A stretch of 64,000 nucleotides of DNA. It comes from Podarcis vaucheri. Its lineage: Eukaryota. Below the pieces are notes generated by a model, which had not been told where the DNA came from, searched no databases, and worked only from the letters and a program-made list of their open reading frames with translations. Shown here piece after piece: positions 55,278 through 64,000 of the stretch; positions within the stretch are counted from its first letter, which is position 1; every line of letters begins with the position of its first letter. The stretch lies in assembly GCA_965113315.1 (NCBI GenBank), contig OZ220369.1, one strand, 5' to 3'. Both the position numbers and the translations under genes were made by a program.

Positions 55278-57602
55278 CTGAAAATTTGGGGTGGGGGAGA
55301 AGAGTGTTTGAGTTTAGACAGAGAAGAATGCAGGCGCCATTGCAGGATACGCCTCGTTCACAATGCACTCTCGTTCATGCCTGCGGGGCTGAGTGTACAA
55401 CCCCAGGTTCCCCAGGTGAGTGTGGAGATGTGTCTCCCACACAAAACATACACACATCCTTCGAGTCTCAGCTTCCCACGTTTTTTTTTTACAAAAGGGA
55501 CACCTGTAGGTGTCCGGATGCTGGAAGAAAGCTGCCTCATGCTCTGGAGAGGCAAACAGACACCACCCTGCTGCCTAAGCATCATCTGTGTGAAACCAAC
55601 AATGGAGGCTGTACCGGTAACTGGCTGCATTGGCATGCTCTTGTTCAAGGACTGGGCCCGTCTCAGGTTCATGCGGCAGCCGTCTTTGCCCATGAGGTGC
55701 ACCTTCCAGGCCTATGGGGAAAGGAAGGAGGGGAGAAGGTCAAAAAGGGATCAGGTCTTTAACACAGATAATGAAATCAAGCAGGCCGGGGGTAGGGAAG
55801 AGATGCAGCACGTAAGGTGAAGAACCTGGAAAAAAGAGCCTTGCTGGATGAAACCAAAGGGGCATCCAGCCTAGCACCAATCAGATGTCTCTGGGAAATG
55901 GATAGACAGGGAGTAAATGCAATAGCCTCCCCACACCCAGGTAATTGGGAATGCATTGTGTCTAATATTGGTCAAAGGGCACGGTCATAATGACTAGGGG
56001 TCATTGACTGCCTTAGCCTTCTCTATGAGTCTACCCCGCCTTATAGCCAGGAAAGTTAGGGTCCATCTCTGCATCTTCTGGCAGCCAACACCACCGTCTA
56101 ACTGTGCACTGTGTGAAAGAGTTGGGGTCCCTGCTTTCTGCTATGCTGCTCTCGTGACATCTACCTCTGGCCCACCTTGCAGGGTGGTTGGGAAGATAAA
56201 AGGGGGCCGGGAGAGAACCACCTATGGGGAAAGGGCAGGATCAAACGGACACAAATCAAGCAGCTGGAGCCAAATAGGAAGATGAATTCATCCCAGAGAG
56301 ATGCTATAGCTGCATCGAGAGCACTTCTGTGGAGCTGCCCACTATGCTTGTTTCACACTGCCTTGCTGCTGTGCCAAGCTGCTAATACAACAAGACAGGC
56401 AAGGTGCTATGCAATTCTAGCTGCGTGAGCCGGACTTCATCTGGTCAACCAAGATTGGAGGATAACCCTTCTTGTAAGGTCAACCCTTCCTTTCCCTCTC
56501 TTTAAGCAGTGACTGGCCAAGTTAAGGGCGATGGCTCTCACCTCCTCTCCTGGCGTGAAATTCTCATGGCACAACGGACAGTGATTGGCCACTTTTTCAG
56601 GCTTGGCAGCTGGAAAGAGGAGAAAGCAGAGAGATGTCATTGCAGACCGCATGTCCCAATCTCATGCTGGCTTCGGCTGATGGGAGTCCAAAATGTCTGG
56701 AGGGGGCCTGGTTGGCGGAGGCCGCTGTGCCTGCTCCCTGCCAGCCCACCCAGAGCCCCGCTCTTCCTTACGGTTGCAGGCCTTTCCCTTGACATGCCGA
56801 GGCAGCTCGTCCTTTGGCAGGGCTTCGCAGCAGCGCGGACACTTGTCAAAGTTGTCCTTTTTGTCGCACTCTGTCAGCAGGTGCTCCGTCAGGCTGGCAA
56901 TCTCAACCACCTGGAAGGGGACCGTCCACAGACTGAGGCAAGAGCCAAATGTTTCTCTCTCTCTCTCTCTCTCTTTAAAAATGTACTTATAATTTTCAGA
57001 TTTATACATTTCAATAATTTCACAGTCATTTTAACATTTCAAAACTTGGCTTCTTTCCCTCTCTTTCTGTGGTTCCCTAAATTTATTTTTAATATCTTCT
57101 GCATACAGTATCCAAATTAACTTAATTTGTTCATTTATTCATCTACTTTAAAAATATACTCTTATTAAATTGCAGGTTATTACAATAATCTTGCCAATGT
57201 TCTTATCTGTTTACAATTTATCTGTAAAGATTCAATAAACCATTTCCATTCTTTTATAAGAAGTTTGTTATCTTGATTTCTTATTTTTCCAGTAAGTTTC
57301 GCCATTTCTGCATATTCCATAAGTTTTTTGTATCCATTCTTCTTTTGCTGGGACATCTACCATTTTGGGGCAAGTAACATTCTTGCCACTGTAGTAGCAT
57401 ACATAAATAAGTTTCTAAACAGTTTGGGTAGTTCTGTCCCTATAATTCCCTAAAGAGCCAAATGCTTCTCATGCCAAAGCCCTAATGGTCAGCACCTGGG
57501 ATTAAGGGTGCAAGTGTGGATAGGCAGGAGCTCAGCCCTTTCACACCCTGCCACCCAATCACATCTCTGGTCTGGATGCCACCTCTTCTGCTGTTGTACA
57601 GA

Positions 57603-57634
<32 letters not shown>

Positions 57635-60600
57635 TGCGTGCATGGGCTGGAGTGGACCCACATTCTATGGGATGAACTCAGATACAGGATCAGAGGTTGC
57701 TCACCTTTCTGGGCCAGTAAGCACATTTTGGAGTTTTGAGAATGTGCTGCAGGCCCCAGTCCCAAAACAACTGCAGGACAGGGGCATGGCATGACACAAA
57801 ATGACTGCCACATCTAGAGCAGCAAAGATAGACAGGACCACAACATGCTGCACCAAAGGGGAGCCATGTCTCTCTCCAACCTTTCTCAGATCTCTGGGCT
57901 GCTACTGCAGGGCTCACCAACACAGTCCCTGCTGTGGCACACATCCAAGGTCCCCTCAAAAATGCACAACGCGTGTTCGTGGCGGGGGCTCACCTGTTTG
58001 CAGAACTCGCACCTTGTCAGCATTGGGCAATGTTTCCAGTAGTGGAGATCCAGGCCTTCCTCCGTGAAGGATTCGTCTCTCTCCCCACAGAAGATGCAGA
58101 GGCTGGAGTTGGGGAAGAGCAACGAGGGGAGAGGTCAAGGCAGAGGGATTGCAGGGCCTCCTGCACCCTGGTTTGCTTTAGAATGAGGGACTCGGGGCAC
58201 ATCTATGTCCTGCATATCCCACTCTGTGGTCAAATCTCTCTTCCTACCACTGTGTTAAGGAGGCACCTGCAGGGTGATTTATGGCAAAGAATGCAAACTG
58301 GACAAGCTAATGCATTGGCAGTCGGCCTATACGAATGCAAACGACTTTTGCCTAATGCACAATGAACACAGGATTTGAATCTGGGGTGCAGAATATAAAG
58401 AGGGATGCAGGGCCACCACTAGTTCTGCTGAGAAGCCAGGCTTCTCCTTCAGTCTCATCACTTGGCAGCGGCCGTTCCATTAGGCTGCAGCAGAGGAGGG
58501 AAGCAGGGCAAAGAACTTAAAAAAAAATCCGGCCAAAAGACGGGCAGTTCTGACTTATTCAGCCCGATTTATCTGTTCTGGAACTAACTGCTCACCGATA
58601 TTTTTCTTACTTACTTGTCGAGGTAATTTGCAACTGAAGTGTGATCATCTGGAGTGTCTGCTTTTGGAGGCTGTGGGGCTTTTTTCAAGAACTCGGCTTA
58701 AAAAGAAGGAAATAAAGGGAAGGCGGAGGGAAAGAAAAAAAGAAAAGAAATGAAATGAACCAGTGTTGAAATATATTTCCTGGTGAAAAAGGGCACTTTG
58801 TGGAGAGGGGTTAGCGGAGGGTGCATTAGGACAGCCTTTCCCAACCCAGGGTTCCCAGATGTTGTTGGACTACAATTCCCATCATCCCTGACAAACTGGG
58901 CCATGCTGGATGAGGCCGATGGGAGTCCAGCAACATCTGGAAACCCAAGGCTGCAAAAGGCTAGCTTAGGGCATCCCTGACAGCAGTGCACCTGGGGTGG
59001 GGGGTGGGGGTGTCACATCTTCTAAGCACTGCAGAGTGCAATGTATTTTATTGCTGGGAAGAATACAGCACTTTCATCAGCCTTGCCCACTATTGTTGAA
59101 GGCAGAAGGGCACTTGCTGGCAGATGAGAGAATATGCCACGTTGGAAAAGGAGAAAGTGAAATGAGCCTCCAGTGTTGCAGCAATGGCCTTCTCCTGTCT
59201 ACAGAGGGCAAACAAGGCAGTATCTGTGCAAAAGGATAAAGTAAGAATAAAATAAAAGTTGCTTGTATGGAAGGCAGGAATTTCACCTGCTCCTGAGTTA
59301 ACTGAGTGAGGAATTTGGATGTCCCCACCCTCTTCCTTAGAATACACCACGCAGACTACAATAACTTGGAATTCTGTTCCATCACTTAAAATACTCTTAA
59401 CATGTAACTAATGTGTATCCCCATTAAGATCTGTTTACTGAACTCATAGCTTTCTGACTTCTTCTGACCCACGGCAATCCAAGACTCAAGATGAATTGAA
59501 TATGCAGTTTTACAAATACGATTTATAAAAGGCATGTACTATGAGAGAATATTGGGTTTTTAAAAAAGTGCCTACCTTGAGCCTTGGACTTCTGAAAATC
59601 ATTCTCTTTCTCCTGAAGAAGAAAAGTAGAATAAATTAAAAACAAAAATGTAAACGGAATCACAGTACATTCTTACACTTGTTTATACAGAAGCCAGCCT
59701 AAAGTTCAGGGAAACTTGCTCCCAGGTAAGTGCTTATGCAGGAGGGAACCTTGATGTTGTTGGGACTCCACCTCCCATCAATCTCAGCCAGCATGGCCAG
59801 GCATGATGGGAGCTGGACTCCAGAATCATCTGGAGCATCACAGATCAGTCCCCTCTCTCCAGCCGAAATCCTTTTCTTTGTTCAGCAACCGAGGAATTGA
59901 AGAAGAAATCTGGTTAATAACAATGAATTAAATAGAAGGAGAAGGAAGTGGCTGAAGCCATAGCAGAAGTCCAATGTCTGACAGTTGGCATATCTAGTAA
60001 AAGACATGTTCCTAAATGCAGAAAGCCACAGGCTCAGTCCCTGCCCTTTCTAGCCACAAAAGATATTAAATAACAAATCCCTCTGCTTGAGACCACAAAG
60101 AGCTATTGCTGTCGTGAGGCAGAGTTTGATTCAGGAATGGGTTTGCATGGAACCCTTCGCTAAAACAGAGGAAAAACCTTCGTTTCCACAGCACTTTGCA
60201 CTTGATTTTCTTGGGATGTTGGGTGATTGGCAGGTGTGCGGCCCTGCTCAAGTGTCATTTTTTTTGCCCACAAGGCTGATCCTGATAAGGATGGTGGCCT
60301 GTGGAGTCAAAAAGGTTCCCTACCCCAGGTCTATACCAACCGACAGTGGCTCTCCAGGGTTTCAGACGGGGGTCTTTCCCAGCCCTACTTGGGCATATTG
60401 AGGAATGACCTTCTGCATGCAATTCACTTGGGCTTCAGTTCTTCCCCAAAGTTAAAGAATGGAAACCACTGGATAAGAATGTTTTGGGCTAGCCTTGTCT
60501 GGCTCAGTTTAAGGAAGCATGATGTTACTCATTCGAGGCTTCCAAACATCTCAGTGATGCAACAATCCTGGAAGAGAAAGGTTGTTATATTTTTGCACTT

Positions 60601-63380
60601 GAAGTGGTAGGATATTCAGTTTTTAAATGTTTGATGTTTTGTTGTGTTTTTATATATGCTGTATGCCACCAACCAGCTTCCGGTAGTACATGAGGCACCA
60701 CAAAAGCAGCTTGACTAGGAGGGACAGTGGTACGAATGCACATTCAGTCTCCAATGGTGGAAGACTTACACTATTTCAAAAGGCAGGGAGAGAGAATGAA
60801 AGAAACGTTCTATGACTTCCTTCTATCCATAAGGATAAAGCAACGGAAGAGCATTTTAAGACCCTTGGTGGCTATCACATACCTTTACAGCCTGAGCTTC
60901 CATCTGCATGTCCTTCAGAGCTGCCAGCTGACCTTGCAACACTTTGATCTCGTCTTTCTTTTGCTTTTCAGCTTCATCGGTAGCCGTCTTTCTCTGCGCC
61001 TGTCAAAACACACACAGTTGAAGGTTGCTGGGTTTGGGGCCCGAGTCACCAACAACACTGGCCTGATTGTCTTCTGGAACTAGGATTCTGCGAGTTCTCA
61101 GCTTACACAGCATCAAAGTAAGAAAAGGAGGAACATTGAGTAAAGACAGGGACAACGTCTGAATGCACCTGTCTACCAACCTGCAGAATTTACTCAGTCA
61201 GAGAGCAGAGGCAGAAGCCAATGGTGACACGGCCACAAGATGAACGCTGCTGCCTTCAAGGCTGTTTTCCAAGAGGGATTTGACAAATTCATGGAGAACA
61301 GGCTGTTTAGCTCCGAGGGAGTATACCTATGGATACCTGGCATCACCAATGAACAGTGGGAGCAGGAGGCCTGCTTTCTCTATGGCTTGCTACCTGGAGA
61401 CATCTGGTTGGTCATTGTGGATGCTGAACCAGATGGCATTTTGGTCTGATCCAGCAAGGGTCACTTCGCCTTCCTGATGGGTTGAGCCTGACACACAGAA
61501 GAACGTAACAGCTTGCTGGATCAGGCCAGTGGCCCATCTAGTCCAACATCCTGTTCTCACAGGGGCCAACCTGTAGGAAACTGGCAAGCAGGATCCTGGC
61601 ACAAGTGCACTCTCCCTTCCTGTGGTTTTCAGCAACTGGCCATTGTTTTCCTGCCTCAGTCAGCACAGCCTCTATGAAAACCACAAGACCTGAAAAAAGT
61701 TGCATTTCTTACCCTTATTTCAGCTTCTGTGAGTTTGCCGTCTATTTTAGCAAACCCATCAAAAAGCGTCTTGTACAGAACGTTCTTGCGTGTGTTGGCA
61801 TCATCAGGAGGAAGGTAATCCAGGATGACGGCTCGGTGCTGCCGATACATATCCAGGATGATCCGGAGGGCTGTTTCCCGGACCTCATATACTCGATGCT
61901 CCAGAGCTCCCGTTGCAAACTAAGGGTGAAGAAAACATGCAATCGTTTTTTGAGTCTTATGGAGGTGGTTTAAGTGTACATTTGATGTCCTGAAAAACAA
62001 ACGGGGAAAAATGGGTTCTACAGGTTTCCTGTGTGTTAGAAAAAAGCTGGCTGTGCAGGGTGCTAGTGGCTAATGTCTGCAACATCGACAACACACCTCC
62101 CACCTCCAAATAAGTTTTTCTAAGTGATTTTACTGAGAAAGAAGGAGAGTGGGGTATGGATGTATAAGCACAATTGCAGAGTTTGTGCTGCACCTAGAGC
62201 AAGTGGCTTCATTAGGAATGTAGGAAGCCGTCTTAGACAGATTCAGAAACCACTGGAAGCTCAGCTCCCTACCCGCATGACGTTATCGACAGTAAAACCG
62301 GTGTTATCTGTCCCCAGGTCTTTCAGCAAGCGTTCCACTAATTCCACCTGGCTCATTGCAAGATGTGTTGGGGAATTTGGCTTCACAGGCTGCACCAGGT
62401 GAGCAGGTATAATCTGAAGAGGCTTCACTTCGTTACAGAGGGCCATTTCCTGGGGGGAGATGGAGAAGACATGGCACACTCGAGTCAGCGGTTAATGTGT
62501 GGCCCATAAAGGCACAACTCAGCAAAACAGAACTGCCCTCCCAAGCCCTGCAAGATTCAGCAGTGGTTTGAGCCTTACAGGTTTTACTTCAGAACTACAC
62601 AAAGAAGAGGAGTATTTTGTAGTGACATAGATACACACAGTTGTTCCATACCTGTCAGCAATCATGCCGCAGAATTCAGCACTAACTTGCAGCTTCCAGA
62701 TCATGTGCAAGTAATGCAGTTGAAGTGATCAATGCATGAACCTTGAATGTCATGTGTTCAGGCAAACACTTGCATGCAACTGCAAGTCTTTGTGTATTGA
62801 CTAGACTGACCTGGATGAAGTTGGCAGCTGCTACACGAAGGCGGGCAGAGGAGTCCCCCGTCCTGGAGAGAAGGTTGGGAAAGGTCCTTTCCACACAGTA
62901 AGTGGTCTCTTGCTTCCCAAGTTTATGCTTGGGGATGTACTGCGTGATGATCATCTTTAGGAGCTTTAAGGAAGCTTGAAAAACCTACCAGAAGGAAACC
63001 ATCAAGGTGGTTAAAATAGGAACTGTGGTCAAGAGGGAGAGAAATTTCGATTGCATGGGGCTGCTGCGTGTGGAAATCTTTACAACCATGTGAAACTGGG
63101 AGTCACTGGACCCTGCCGCTTTGTTCTCCCACATTCTCATTTAGAAGATATAGAAGAGGGCATTCACAGGGATGTTAGACCCGCCCCCGCCCCCCCGCCC
63201 GATATTGCTCACCGAGGAGACTATGTCTTTTATGGCTCTCACTATGAGGAAGATGGCGCCCCGAAGGAGGTTCTTCAGGTCATCCTTTGGCGTGTTTGTG
63301 GATACTTCCGTCATCTTTTTGTATATGGCGAGCAACGAGTCTTCGCGGTAGGACCATGTCTTGGAATAGGCCCCTGCAAC
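55141..63380 (-). CDS. CEP104: Centrosomal protein 104, 3' part (TOG domain, coiled coil, C2HC zinc fingers, SxIP motif); 12 exons, 503 aa; gene continues beyond the window
   Basis: Join (minus) 63213-63380, 62811-62984, 62273-62449, 61713-61919, 60883-60999, 59576-59612, 58615-58696, 57994-58102, 56772-56910, 56542-56609, 55615-55711, 55141-55277 = 1512 nt with consistent phases; motifs LCIFCGERDESFTEEGLDLHYWKHC, CPLCHENFTPGEE, GSKIPTP, RTYAKR*. Confidence 0.97.
55615..55711 (-). CDS. CEP104: CEP104 penultimate exon (AWKVHLMGKDGCRMNLRR...PVT)
   Basis: 97 nt; donor G|gtacag inferred from phase. Confidence 0.88.
56542..56609 (-). CDS. CEP104: CEP104 exon (AKPEKVANHCPLCHENFTPGEE)
   Basis: 68 nt, canonical splice sites. 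Confidence 0.95.
56772..56910 (-). CDS. CEP104: CEP104 exon (VVEIASLTEHLLTECDKK...KACN)
   Basis: 139 nt, canonical splice sites. Confidence 0.95.
56975..57452 (-). mobile_element. L1/Tx1-type LINE 3' fragment in a CEP104 intron
   Basis: Minus-strand LGIIGTELPK..NLFMYATTVARMLLAQ...EYAEMAKLTGKIRNQDNKLLIKEWKWFIE, frameshifted. Confidence 0.7.
57607..57633. repeat. (AG)n microsatellite
   Basis: Direct reading. Confidence 0.9.
57994..58102 (-). CDS. CEP104: CEP104 exon (LCIFCGERDESFTEEGLDLHYWKHCPMLTRCEFCKQ)
   Basis: 109 nt, zinc-finger motif. Confidence 0.95.
58615..58696 (-). CDS. CEP104: CEP104 exon (EFLKKAPQPPKADTPDDHTSVANYLD)
   Basis: 82 nt, long polypyrimidine tract, AA|gtaagt donor. Confidence 0.88.
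58832..58963. mobile_element. Palindromic hAT MITE, same broad family as 35260
   Basis: CAGCCTTTCCCAACC...CCAGATGTTGTTGGACTACAATTCCCATCATCCC...CAACATCTGG...AAAAGGCT; degenerate relatives near 13250, 21120, 49885, 53825, 59750. Confidence 0.7.
59576..59612 (-). CDS. CEP104: CEP104 37-nt micro-exon (EKENDFQKSKAQ)
   Basis: cttcttcag| acceptor, G|gtaggc donor; required to join phase 0 to phase 1. Confidence 0.85.
60883..60999 (-). CDS. CEP104: CEP104 exon (coiled coil AQRKTATDEAEKQKKDEIK...AVK)
   Basis: 117 nt, read manually. Confidence 0.92.
61713..61919 (-). CDS. CEP104: CEP104 exon (FATGALEHRVYEVRETA...EAEIR)
   Basis: 207 nt, canonical splice sites. Confidence 0.94.
62273..62449 (-). CDS. 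CEP104: CEP104 exon (EMALCNEVKPLQ...DNVMR)
   Basis: 177 nt, canonical splice sites. Confidence 0.94.
62811..62984 (-). CDS. CEP104: CEP104 exon (VFQASLKLLKMIITQYIPKHKL...ANFIQ)
   Basis: 174 nt, canonical splice sites. Confidence 0.94.
63213..63380 (-). CDS. CEP104: CEP104 exon (VAGAYSKTWSYREDSLL...KDIVSS)
   Basis: 168 nt, gccag| acceptor, |gtgagc donor. Confidence 0.94.
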
Positions 63381-64000
63381 CTGGCAAAAGGGGAATGTTC
63401 AGGAGCTGGAACAGCCCAGATCTGCACAAAAGCCGACACCCGTCATTCTTTCATCAGGAAGAGCCTGGCCAGTACTGCTGCAGGGGAGAGACGGCTGGAG
63501 CCACCAGGGGCAAGTGATTCCACCTGCCTTGCCCCACTCCCCTGCCTAGAACCCTTTAAAGGAGGCGCTGCTGTTTAAGTTCTTATTCTTGCTCTCCACT
63601 TATGCCTTTTTTTGGAATTACTCTGCTGCCTTTATGGCAGGAAAATGAACACATGTTAACGCTTCTGAAGTGTTACGATTTAGTTTGATTTTTATGGTAT
63701 TGCACTATATTTTGGCTGGTAGGTTTGCATTTGCATTTATATTGCTTGTGAGCTCCCTTGGGATGTCTTTCTCGGCCGAAAGGCAGCATATAAATAAATA
63801 AATATCACATGCTGGCATGGCATGCTGAGGAGCAAAACCCAGGATGAGTTTATGCAGCTAGGAGCAGGGTTGACTCTCAGTGCCACCCCCCAGGTTGCCT
63901 GTATCGGGCTGGAAAGAGCCCCAGAGGCCAGACCAAGAGGCCTGGGTAGCTGATTTTGGCTCAAATAGGAACAATTTTCAATTCAATTTTCTTTGTACCA

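Noticed and set aside
55025-55820. 245-aa and 186-aa plus-strand ORFs
   Set aside because: Antisense to the last CEP104 exons and intron; no recognisable protein features.

Overview
Vertebrate nuclear DNA; the repeat content (Squam3-like SINEs, CR1/L2/L1-Tx1 fragments, pogo/Tigger- and hAT-type MITEs) suggests a squamate, probably a lacertid lizard. All genes lie on the minus strand: (1) ZNF362, 7 coding exons at 1697-9344 (404 aa), with a ~19-kb 5' intron region and a CpG/A-tract-rich promoter region near 27.9-29.9 kb; (2) a candidate unnamed single-coding-exon gene at 38735-39358 (207 aa); (3) complete LRRC47, 7 exons at 43114-49028 (607 aa); (4) the last 12 coding exons of CEP104 at 55141-63380. 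Exon boundaries were read by eye and have canonical GT/AG sites and consistent phases. The most unusual structure is at 31.9-34.4 kb: a perfect 155-bp inverted duplication flanking a 1.3-kb spacer. One arm was later split by a young 835-bp non-autonomous hAT element (15-bp TIRs, exact 8-bp TSD) carrying a CpG-island-like segment with NRF1 and CRE motifs; the other arm preserves the empty site. This lies in an interval where the human gene order (CCDC27-SMIM1-LRRC47-CEP104) is broken. No CRISPR array, rRNA or true tRNA gene was found, and I cannot claim a new biological system with confidence.
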